Assembly: GCA_902623545.1 (NCBI GenBank)
Contig: CACNUI010000005.1
Location: forward strand, 12,622 to 76,621
Reading direction: 5' to 3'
Length of the DNA stretch: 64,000 nt
Source of the DNA: an uncultured Alphaproteobacteria bacterium
GTDB taxonomy: Bacteria > Pseudomonadota > Alphaproteobacteria > HIMB59 > GCA-002718135
Below the pieces are notes generated by a model that worked only from the letters and a program-made list of their open reading frames with translations, did no database searches and was not told the origin of the DNA. Position 1 is the stretch's first letter. Each line of letters begins with the position of its first letter. Made by a program: the position numbers and the translations under genes. Below are positions 56,459 through 64,000 of the stretch, in pieces.

Positions 56459-57526
56459 ATGGATAATAATTTTCTTGTAATTGAAAATATTTCTAAATCC
56501 TTTGGAGATAACAAAGTTTTAGAAAATATTAATTTAAATATTTCAAAATCTGAATTTTTTGGTCTCTTAGGATCTTCGGGTTCAGGCAAAACTACATTAC
56601 TAAGAATACTAGGTGGATTTGAGAAGCCAGATACAGGACGTGTAATACTCGACGGAATGGACATAACAAACCTTGAACCTTTTGATAGACCATTAAACTA
56701 TATGTTTCAATCGTATGCACTATTTCCTCACTTAAACGTATTTAATAATTTAGCTTTTGGAATAAAAGAAAATTTTACCCAAAAAGAAATTGATATAAAT
56801 GTAAGAAATATTGCTGAACTTCTATCTATTGAGCATTTATTAAATAGAAGAATTAAGCAATTATCAGGTGGAGAGCAGCAAAGAGTTGCCCTTGGAAGGT
56901 GCTTGATAAAAAAACCTAAGTTATTATTATTAGATGAGCCTCTTGCAGCACTAGATAAAAAACTAAGATCAAAAACACAATTAGAGTTAACAACACTCCA
57001 AAAGAAACTAAAAATTACATTTGTTTTCGTCACCCATGATCAGGAAGAAGCAATGTCCTTATCTGATAGAATGGCAATAATGAAGAATGGTCTTATTTTG
57101 GAATGTTCTAGCCCTGAAGAGATTTATGAAAATCCTAAAAGTCTTTATACTGCCAATTTTATAGGAATTGCAAATATAATTGAGATTTATAAGAAAGATG
57201 AAAATTTTTATTCTGATGATTTAGGTGTAAATTTTAAATTAAACAAAGAATTAAACAATACAAAAACTAATATTTTACTAAGACCAGAGAAAATAAAAAT
57301 ACAATCAATAAATAATTTGAAAACAAGTTCATTTAATTCCTTTAGTGGAGAAATTTTAGAAAAATCATATTTGGGAAGCTTTACCCGTTATGAAATTAAA
57401 ATTAATGATATGATAATTTCAGTTTTAGATCAGAATTTTAACTCCAACTCAAATTATAATTTCCCAAAAGGGGAAAAAGTCATTTGTAGTTGGGAAAGTG
57501 AATCAATTAAGATTTTAGAGGATTAA
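56459..57526 (+). CDS. Polyamine ABC transporter ATP-binding protein (PotA/PotG family)
   Basis: 355 aa. GSSGSGKTT, LSGGEQQRVAL and LLLDEPL, plus a TOBE-like C-terminal domain. Confidence 0.85.
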   Translation: MDNNFLVIENISKSFGDNKVLENINLNISKSEFFGLLGSSGSGKTTLLRILGGFEKPDTGRVILDGMDITNLEPFDRPLNYMFQSYALFPHLNVFNNLAFGIKENFTQKEIDINVRNIAELLSIEHLLNRRIKQLSGGEQQRVALGRCLIKKPKLLLLDEPLAALDKKLRSKTQLELTTLQKKLKITFVFVTHDQEEAMSLSDRMAIMKNGLILECSSPEEIYENPKSLYTANFIGIANIIEIYKKDENFYSDDLGVNFKLNKELNNTKTNILLRPEKIKIQSINNLKTSSFNSFSGEILEKSYLGSFTRYEIKINDMIISVLDQNFNSNSNYNFPKGEKVICSWESESIKILED

Positions 57527-58414
57527 TTGAAAAATAAATTATTTGAAAAATATTTTGTTTTTAGTCCTTATTTTTGGCTTGTTCTATTTTTTTTTATTCC
57601 ATTAGCTATAATTTTTAAAATATCAATTTCGGTATCAGAATGGGGAATGCCTCCTTATCAAGATATTTTTCTTTTTGATAATGGATTTAAGATTAATACT
57701 ACCTTAGAAAACTATGTTTATATTTTTAGTGATTATTACTACATTGGATCTTTTGTAAACTCTTTGATTTTAGCTTTAATATCTACTTTTTTTTGCCTAC
57801 TTATTGGGTTCCCGTTAGCTTTTTATATTGCGACTTCAAATATTAGATTAAGAAATATTTTATTAGTTTTAGTAGTTATTCCATTTTGGTCATCATTTTT
57901 ATTAAGAGTATATGCATGGAAAATAATTTTACAGAATAATGGAATTTTAAATGTAATACTTCTAAACCTAGGCATAACATCAGAACCACTTCAATTATTA
58001 TACAATCAATATGCTGTCATTATGGGAATTGTATACACTTATTTACCTTTGATGATTTTACCACTCTATGGATACTTAAATAAGTTTGATTTAAATTTAA
58101 TTGAAGCATCAAAAGATTTAGGACTAAATCGTACTAAAACCTTTTTTAAAGTTATACTTCCTTTATCTGTTCCAGGAATTGTTGCTGGATCTTTATTAGT
58201 TTTTATACCTGTTGTTGGAGAATTTATTATACCTGAAATGTTAGGTGGTAGTGATAGATTGTATTATGGAAAAATATTATGGGAGGAATTCTTTGTTAAT
58301 AGAAATTGGCCAGGTGCTAGTGCTTTAGCTTTTAGTGGAATTATTATTTTGGTTTTACCAATTGTTATTTTTCAAATACTTTATTCTCGTTGGAGTCAAA
58401 AAAATGAAATCTAG
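57527..58414 (+). CDS. Polyamine ABC transporter permease (PotB/PotH family), TTG start
   Basis: 295 aa. EASKDLGLNRTKTFFKVILPLSVPGI is the EAA loop. There is no in-frame ATG near the N-terminal TM segment. Confidence 0.8.
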   Translation: MKNKLFEKYFVFSPYFWLVLFFFIPLAIIFKISISVSEWGMPPYQDIFLFDNGFKINTTLENYVYIFSDYYYIGSFVNSLILALISTFFCLLIGFPLAFYIATSNIRLRNILLVLVVIPFWSSFLLRVYAWKIILQNNGILNVILLNLGITSEPLQLLYNQYAVIMGIVYTYLPLMILPLYGYLNKFDLNLIEASKDLGLNRTKTFFKVILPLSVPGIVAGSLLVFIPVVGEFIIPEMLGGSDRLYYGKILWEEFFVNRNWPGASALAFSGIIILVLPIVIFQILYSRWSQKNEI

Positions 58415-59198
58415 TTTAATCAAAAGTACAGTTATTTTTTTAGGTTTATTTTTTTTATATTTCCCAATTTTAGTTTTAATTTTTTACTCATTTAACGAAA
58501 ATAAGAGAGTAATGGTTTGGAAAGGATTTTCTTTAAGATGGTACAATGAATTATTTAATAATGAACAAATAATTGAGGCATTTATTATTAGTATTAAAAT
58601 TGCAGCTTTATCTGCAACTTTTGCCACAATTTTAGGAGTTATGATTGGATATTCACTTGTAAGAATAAGAAAAATTCCTTTTAAATCATTCTATATTTTT
58701 CTTTCTTCAACACCTTTGGTTTTACCAGAATTAATTTTAGGTCTTTCAATGTTACTTTTTTTTATAAGCTTAAATAATGTAATTGGATTTCCATCATCTA
58801 GAGGACAATTAACTATTTTCATATCACACGTTACTTTTTGTATTGCATTTGTCGCAATTATTATTCAAGCAAGATTAACTGACTTTAACAAAAATATTGA
58901 GGAAGCTGCAATGGATCTAGGCTATAATTATACCAAGGTACTATATAAAATAACTTTACCGATAATTTTACCTTCTATCATTGCTGGTTGGTTATTAGCT
59001 TTTACTATCTCTTTAGATGATCTAGTGGTTGCAAGTTTTACAACAGGACCCGGAGCAAATACACTTCCAATTGTTGTTTTTTCTAAAGTAAGATTAGGAT
59101 TGAGTCCTGAAGTAAATGCGTTATCAGCAATTTTAATGTTTGCTTTGATTATAATTGGTTTATTTTATTTTTATTTTAATAGAAAATTTAAACATTAA
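58404..59198 (+). CDS. Polyamine ABC transporter permease (PotC/PotI family)
   Basis: I trimmed to the ATG at 58404 (MKSSLIKS...), an 11-nt overlap with the upstream gene. EAAMDLGYNYTKVLYKITLPIILPSI is the EAA loop. Confidence 0.8.
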   Translation: MKSSLIKSTVIFLGLFFLYFPILVLIFYSFNENKRVMVWKGFSLRWYNELFNNEQIIEAFIISIKIAALSATFATILGVMIGYSLVRIRKIPFKSFYIFLSSTPLVLPELILGLSMLLFFISLNNVIGFPSSRGQLTIFISHVTFCIAFVAIIIQARLTDFNKNIEEAAMDLGYNYTKVLYKITLPIILPSIIAGWLLAFTISLDDLVVASFTTGPGANTLPIVVFSKVRLGLSPEVNALSAILMFALIIIGLFYFYFNRKFKH

Positions 59199-60555
59199 GT
59201 AATAAATATTCACGTTCCCAAGAACTTATTACTGATAGATATGCTTGGTATTCTACTCTTCTTATAGCAGCGATTGATCTAATAAATTTTTCGTTAAATA
59301 TAGATTTTATATCTTCGTCATTTTCAAAAAGCATTAATGATTCATCCATGTTTTTTGGTAAATTAGAACTTTTATCTTTAAATGCACTATCTTTAGTCTC
59401 TGGACTTGGTTTTATATTATTTTTCATTCCTAAATATCCAGAAGCTAAATTAGCTGCAAAAACTAGATATGGATTAGTATCTGATCCAGGAATTCTATTT
59501 TCAATTCGCATATTTTTTTCCTCAATCGATGGAATTCTAAAACCACAACTTCTATTTCCTATTCCCCACTTTACATTTTTTGGAGTGCCCCAGGTTGCAA
59601 ATAATCTCCTAAAGGAGTTTATATTTGGGGCGTATATTGGCATTAATAATGGAGTATATTTTTCTAAACCACCAAGATAATTTTTCATTTTTTTTGAAAT
59701 TTTTGATGATTTATTAAAAAAAATATTTTTATTTTTTTCATTATAGACTGATTGATGAATATGCATTGCGCTACCAGGCTGATTCTCCATAGGTTTTGCC
59801 ATAAATGTGGCATGAAGTTTGTGTTTCAAGGCCGATTGTCTAAGAGTTCGCTTAAATAAAAATACTTGATCTGCTAGATCTAAAGGATCACCATGCTGGA
59901 AATTTATTTCCATTTGAGCTGAACCAGATTCATGATTAATTGTATCAATTTCAATATTTTGATCTTCACAATAATTATATACATCTTCAAAAAGATGATC
60001 GAATTCGTTTACAGCATCAATACCCAAGGCTTGTTTCCCTGTTTCTTGTCTACCTGATTGTCCAACTGGTACTTCTAGAGGATAATCTGAGTCAGCATTA
60101 GGTTTAACTAAGTAGAATTCTAATTCTGGAGAGACAATTGGAGTTAATTTTTCTTTTTTATAAAGTTTCAGAATATTTTTTAGAGCATTTCTGCTTGAAT
60201 TAATAACCTCATCACCATTAAGATTTATTGCATCACATATAATTTGCGCAGTAGGATCTTCGTACCATGGTACTATTCTCATTGTATCAAAATCTGGTTT
60301 TAAAATAACATCAATATCAGTCGGGTTATAAACACTTCTTGGTAAAGCACCTGCTGAGTCCTCAGTTGCATAATCTCCTGATATTGTTTGAATAAAAGTT
60401 GACTGAGGTAATCTGTGACTTTCATCTTCAAGTCCTTTTAAAAATTTATTAGTTGGTAAAATTTTTCCCCTTGCTATACCTCCTAGATCTGGAACTAAAC
60501 ATTCAACTTCTGTAATAGAGTTTTCATGAAACCAATTTTGAAATTTTTCAATCAT
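59188..60555 (-). CDS. Glutamine-synthetase-family gamma-glutamyl ligase (gamma-glutamylputrescine synthetase PuuA-like; a GmaS-type alternative is not excluded)
   Basis: 455 aa. GS catalytic-domain motifs (ELEFYL, NHESGSAQMEINF, TFMAKP, GSAMHIHQS, NSFRRL). It sits next to the pot genes and a PuuB-like oxidase. Confidence 0.65.
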   Translation of the reverse strand: MIEKFQNWFHENSITEVECLVPDLGGIARGKILPTNKFLKGLEDESHRLPQSTFIQTISGDYATEDSAGALPRSVYNPTDIDVILKPDFDTMRIVPWYEDPTAQIICDAINLNGDEVINSSRNALKNILKLYKKEKLTPIVSPELEFYLVKPNADSDYPLEVPVGQSGRQETGKQALGIDAVNEFDHLFEDVYNYCEDQNIEIDTINHESGSAQMEINFQHGDPLDLADQVFLFKRTLRQSALKHKLHATFMAKPMENQPGSAMHIHQSVYNEKNKNIFFNKSSKISKKMKNYLGGLEKYTPLLMPIYAPNINSFRRLFATWGTPKNVKWGIGNRSCGFRIPSIEEKNMRIENRIPGSDTNPYLVFAANLASGYLGMKNNIKPSPETKDSAFKDKSSNLPKNMDESLMLFENDEDIKSIFNEKFIRSIAAIRRVEYQAYLSVISSWEREYLLLNV

Positions 60556-60605
60556 ATTGAGACTGTTTGTTTACTAATTATTATTAAACCATTAAAGATA
60601 AGTTA

Positions 60606-61928
60606 ATGTTTACTACAAAAAAAAGAACCTTTAATCAACATGATAATGAAAAAGAGAGTTTTTATAAATATTCAGCACCTAATTTTCCTAATCAAATTAA
60701 ATTAAATGAGAATATTTCAACTGATGTATGTATTATTGGAGGTGGTTTAACAGGTATTTCTTCAGCATTAAATTTATCCAATCAAGGTTTATCAATAACG
60801 ATTTTGGAAGCAAATAAAGTTGGATCTGGTGCTTCTGGTAGGAATGGCGGTCAACTAGGAATTGGAATGAGAAAAGATCAATTCTACTTAGAAAAAAAAT
60901 TTGGTATTGAAAAAGCAAAATTTTTTTGGAAAGTTGGATTAGATGCTGTTTCAAATGTAATTAATTTAATTGCAAAATACAAAATTGACTGTGCGCTTAG
61001 ACAAGGCGTTCTTCATGTAGGCAACACAAAAAAAGATTATAAATATTTTCAAGATGAAATTGAGCATATGCAGAAGAATTATAATTATAATAATTATGAA
61101 TACTTTGACAACAACTCAATAAGAGATGAAGTTAATAGTGACAGATATTTTTCTGGAATGCTTTTAAAGGACTCTTATCATTTGAACCCATTAAAACTGA
61201 CATATGGTTTAGCAGAACAGTGTTTAGCAAATGGTATAAATATATATGAAAATTCTCCGGCTGATAAAATTGTTGATAATCAAAAAGAAGTTATAATTCA
61301 CTCTGGAAAAAATATTATTAAAGCAAAGAAAGTAATTATTGGTTGCAATGGTTATCTCGACAATCTTTTAGGATCAAAAAGAAATTATTTTATGCCTATA
61401 AATAATTATATTATTGCAACAGAACCTCTCGGAAAAGATCTAGCAAGTAAATTAATCAAAAGAAATTGTGGTGTAATAGATTCTAGATTTATGATTGATT
61501 ATTATAGATTTTCAGAAGACTACAGACTTCTTTTTGGAGGACCTGAAACAATTACATCTCATTTTGCAAAAGATGCAAAGAGTTTTGTCTCTAAACGAAT
61601 GTATAAAGTTTTTCCTGAATTAAAAAAATTTAAAATTGAGTTTTCCTGGGGAGGTACCTTGGCAATATCGATTAATAGATTGCCTATTTTTGGAACTATA
61701 ATGAATCAAAAGTTATATTATGCTCATGCTTACTCTGGGCATGGATTAGCTATGAGTATTATGGGTGGAAAAATGGTAGCTGAAAAAATTTTAAATAAAT
61801 CAAATAATTTTGATATTTTTGAGCAAATTAATCATTTTAAAATTCCAGGTGGCAACTTGTTTAGAAGACCATTATATTCTTCAGCCATTATTTATTATAG
61901 GTTAATGGATTATTTAAATAGATTGTAA
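60606..61928 (+). CDS. FAD-dependent oxidoreductase (DAO family; gamma-glutamylputrescine oxidase PuuB-like)
   Basis: 440 aa. DVCIIGGGLTGISSAL and GASGRNGG motifs. Divergent from the GS-like gene. Confidence 0.6.
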   Translation: MFTTKKRTFNQHDNEKESFYKYSAPNFPNQIKLNENISTDVCIIGGGLTGISSALNLSNQGLSITILEANKVGSGASGRNGGQLGIGMRKDQFYLEKKFGIEKAKFFWKVGLDAVSNVINLIAKYKIDCALRQGVLHVGNTKKDYKYFQDEIEHMQKNYNYNNYEYFDNNSIRDEVNSDRYFSGMLLKDSYHLNPLKLTYGLAEQCLANGINIYENSPADKIVDNQKEVIIHSGKNIIKAKKVIIGCNGYLDNLLGSKRNYFMPINNYIIATEPLGKDLASKLIKRNCGVIDSRFMIDYYRFSEDYRLLFGGPETITSHFAKDAKSFVSKRMYKVFPELKKFKIEFSWGGTLAISINRLPIFGTIMNQKLYYAHAYSGHGLAMSIMGGKMVAEKILNKSNNFDIFEQINHFKIPGGNLFRRPLYSSAIIYYRLMDYLNRL

Positions 61929-62846
61929 TTACTTAATTGCTCTTCTTAATCTGTCATTTATAGTTTTGCCAAGCCCTTTATTAGGTATTTCTACTACAGC
62001 AATTTTTTTGCATCTACTTTGATCTAATTTATGAAGATAATGATAAAAATTTTTTGCTGCTTCATTTAAATTTTTTTTATTACTCAAATTTAAATTAATT
62101 ATTTTAGACTTTAATTTATTATTGCCAAAATTTAATAAACCTTCATTTTTAAGTATTCTCTTAGCATTCATTCTTATTGGCTTTAAGGTGGAGTAATGTT
62201 TTTTTAAATTACCAGGAGAAATAGATGATTTCTTTTTAATTTTTACTTTTGCAAATTTATTTAGCTCTTCAACAGTTATGCTGCCATATCTTAATACTTC
62301 AATTTCATTATTGGCATCAATTCTAACAACTGTGGACTCTAGTCCATGAGAAGACTGTTTATCTTTTAAAACAAATATTTTTTTTACTAGAATAGGATCG
62401 ATATCCATAATATTGGTTACGGAAGTTCTTTCTGACAGATTAGCACTAGGAGCTGCAATAGGTAGGTCAAATAAAGTAATTAATTTTTTAGCCAATTTAT
62501 TACCGGGAATTCTGCAGCCAACTAAAGTTGAGTTGTTAGAGACTAATTTTGATATTTTAGAATTTTTCTTTTTTTTTAATATTATTGTCAAAGGACCAGG
62601 CCAGAATTTTGAACCTAATTTTTTTTCAAATTTATTTAAAATAAAATATTTTTCTATTTGTTTAATACTTTTAAAGTGACAGATAATTGGATTACTTCGT
62701 GGTCTTTTTTTTACTTTAAAAATAGATTTTACAGCCTCATCATTTGTTGCATCTGCTCCAAGACCAAATACTGTTTCTGTGGGAAATATTACAAGTTCTC
62801 CACTGCTTAATAAATTTTTTGCAATATCTAACTTATTTTTTTTCAT
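61929..62846 (-). CDS. tsaC: L-threonylcarbamoyladenylate synthase (Sua5/YwlC/TsaC type, YrdC plus Sua5 domains)
   Basis: 305 aa. VIFPTETVFGLGADA, KKRPRSNPIICH and SANLSERTS motifs. Confidence 0.8.
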   Translation of the reverse strand: MKKNKLDIAKNLLSSGELVIFPTETVFGLGADATNDEAVKSIFKVKKRPRSNPIICHFKSIKQIEKYFILNKFEKKLGSKFWPGPLTIILKKKKNSKISKLVSNNSTLVGCRIPGNKLAKKLITLFDLPIAAPSANLSERTSVTNIMDIDPILVKKIFVLKDKQSSHGLESTVVRIDANNEIEVLRYGSITVEELNKFAKVKIKKKSSISPGNLKKHYSTLKPIRMNAKRILKNEGLLNFGNNKLKSKIINLNLSNKKNLNEAAKNFYHYLHKLDQSRCKKIAVVEIPNKGLGKTINDRLRRAIK

Positions 62847-62903
62847 ATTTTTTTATAAAATGTTTCCATCTATCTTTAAAATAGTTATTATCAATACTTG
62901 TAT

Positions 62904-63536
62904 ATGGGAAAAGTTATAGCATTTTCGAATCAAAAAGGTGGTTCAGGTAAATCGACTCTTTCAGCAAATTTATCAGTTTTGTGGAGTAATAGTGGTTACA
63001 AAGTAGCTGTTATAGATGCTGATGCACAAAAAAGTCTATCATATTGGCTTGAAGCAAGAAAATCTTATTATGGTGAAGATGATATTGGAATAACTCAATT
63101 AAATTTTGATATAAGGAATTTAATAGATGAAATTAAAGCCATAAAAAGAAAGTACGACTTTATAATAATTGATAGCCCTCCATCTATAACTTTTGAAACA
63201 ATGCAGGTTGTAAAAGCTTCTGATAGGGTATTTGTTCCAGTACAACCAAGTCCAGTAGACTTAATGGCTACACTTCCTTTTTTAAAAATTGCAAAACAAG
63301 AAAGAAAAAATCCAATAATTATTCTTAATAGAGTGATGCCAAGAGCAAAATTAACTGACGCAATGATTTTGCGTTTAAGATATGCTGGTGCTAAAATTGC
63401 TCGCTCCAGATTGTCTAGCAAAGTATTATTTGCAGAAACATTTTCAGTTGGAAGGGGTGTAGTTGATATAAGTGTTACATCAGATGCCTCAAAAGAAATA
63501 ATTAATGTTGGAAACGAAATTTTAAGAAATTTCTAA
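62904..63536 (+). CDS. Small orphan ParA/MinD-like P-loop ATPase
   Basis: About 210 aa from the ATG at 62904. Deviant Walker A NQKGGSGKST and Walker B FIIIDSPP. No ParB-like gene is adjacent. Confidence 0.75.
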   Translation: MGKVIAFSNQKGGSGKSTLSANLSVLWSNSGYKVAVIDADAQKSLSYWLEARKSYYGEDDIGITQLNFDIRNLIDEIKAIKRKYDFIIIDSPPSITFETMQVVKASDRVFVPVQPSPVDLMATLPFLKIAKQERKNPIIILNRVMPRAKLTDAMILRLRYAGAKIARSRLSSKVLFAETFSVGRGVVDISVTSDASKEIINVGNEILRNF

Positions 63537-63540
63537 CTTA

Positions 63541-64000
63541 ATGTCTGATATTACAACTGTTATACTTGCTGCAGGCAATAGTACGAGATTTAAAGCAAGT
63601 AAATCAAAGCTTGTTTATCCATTATGTGGGTTACCAATTGTTTCACATATTTTTAATATTGCAAAAAAAATATCTGGTAAAAATATATTAGTTGTATCTA
63701 ATGAAAAAAATAAAGAAGAATTAAAGGTAATACTAAATACCTCAAAGTTAGTTGTTCAAAAAAAACAAAAAGGGACTGCTGATGCAATTGAGCAAGTTAA
63801 AAAATATGTTAAATCAAAAAATATTTTAATTTTATTTGGTGATACACCTTTAGTTGAAGCTAAAGATATAAGAAAACTGGTAAGTAAATTTAAAAAAAGT
63901 AAAGCGAAAGCTTCATTAATTGCATTTAATACTTCAGAGCCACATGGTTATGGTAGGTTATTATTAAATAACAACTACGTTGAAGAAATAATTGAGCAAA
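63541..64000 (+). CDS. glmU: Bifunctional GlmU-like N-terminal nucleotidyltransferase domain, 3-prime end cut by the window edge
   Basis: ATG at 63541. MSDITTVILAAGNSTRFKASKSKLVYPLCGLPIV...QKKQKGTADA...LFGDTPLV, translated by hand. Absent from the ORF track because there is no stop in the window. Confidence 0.65.
   Translation, partial: MSDITTVILAAGNSTRFKASKSKLVYPLCGLPIVSHIFNIAKKISGKNILVVSNEKNKEELKVILNTSKLVVQKKQKGTADAIEQVKKYVKSKNILILFGDTPLVEAKDIRKLVSKFKKSKAKASLIAFNTSEPHGYGRLLLNNNYVEEIIEQ

Noticed and set aside
31762-58403. N-terminal extensions suggested by the ORF track: 31762..32256 (OsmC), 37903..38874 (methyltransferase), 54430.. (aguB, TTG), 55328.. (PotF-like), 58335.. (PotI-like) and 62898.. 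(ParA-like, TTG).
   Set aside because: Each extension overlaps the preceding gene or a structured spacer and adds non-homologous residues. An internal ATG with a better RBS, or a classic stop/start junction, gives the expected N-terminus.
741-63421. About 45 short ORFs (60-127 aa) in the track lie antisense to, or out of frame within, long well-supported genes. Examples are 741..1007, 2220..2531, 3140..3466, 10168..10473, 19790..20173, 29906..30226, 33946..34242, 36848..37192, 38837..39079, 39109..39335, 42486..42794, 45054..45338, 48270..48578, 56728..57033, 59348..59680 and 63095..63421.
   Set aside because: Each is fully embedded in a gene with clear family motifs on the other strand or frame. 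Their translations are low-complexity (Ile/Leu/Phe/Ser/Lys-rich mirror images of AT-rich codons) and have no recognisable motifs. They are best explained as shadow ORFs.
1-64000. A search by eye for CRISPR arrays, tRNA or rRNA genes, IS elements, integrases, toxin-antitoxin pairs and known defence-system genes, including at the edges of the glycan island.
   Set aside because: I found none. No spacer is long or GC-rich enough for a tRNA, there are no direct-repeat ladders, and there are no recombinase-like ORFs. The island therefore shows no visible mobility machinery within this window.

Overview
This window looks like a streamlined, very AT-rich marine alphaproteobacterial genome, in the style of SAR11/Pelagibacterales. 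That is an inference from composition, 0-3 nt gene junctions and gene content; no search was run. I found no rRNA, tRNA, CRISPR array, transposase or integrase. Positions 1-22120 form one plus-strand cell-envelope glycan island. It contains pseB-pseC, a cytidylyltransferase::aldo-keto-reductase fusion, glycosyltransferases, a TviB/WbpO-like UDP-HexNAc dehydrogenase, an AsnB-type amidotransferase and a PglC-like plus CapD/WbpM-like initiation pair. It also contains Wzz-like and O-antigen-ligase-like proteins and an ArnC-like GT2 / WecA-like / LAB_N module. A bona fide mmsA is translationally coupled inside the island's right end. Positions 22124-53504 are a dense osmolyte, quaternary-amine and one-carbon catabolic region. 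It has a gamma-butyrobetaine-hydroxylase-like dioxygenase, two GMC oxidoreductases, two further aldehyde dehydrogenases (besides mmsA in the glycan island) and a homocysteine S-methyltransferase. It has two stand-alone GcvT-family demethylases (one DmdA-like), a family-5 ABC importer, an L-carnitine dehydrogenase / BKACE / thioesterase module, a RamB/PrpR-type regulator and an HD-domain protein. Positions 53533-61928 are a polyamine block: aguA (frameshifted), aguB, potFGHI-like genes, and PuuA- and PuuB-like genes. They are followed by tsaC/sua5, an orphan ParA-like ATPase and the start of glmU. The most interesting item is a six-gene, translationally abutting minus-strand unit (30970-36579). 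It joins a DmdA-like demethylase to an FMN 2-hydroxyacid oxidase, a ThDP enzyme, an atypical transthyretin-fold protein, OsmC and a crotonase, and I cannot map it to a described pathway. Sequence-level oddities include an ATT-initiated permease gene, a perfect 11-4-11 palindrome at an SBP ribosome-binding site, and hairpins after both SBP genes. There is also a 59-aa ORF missed by the track, with its own terminator and repeated TTGTAAAT boxes, and an (AT)n-associated frameshift in aguA.
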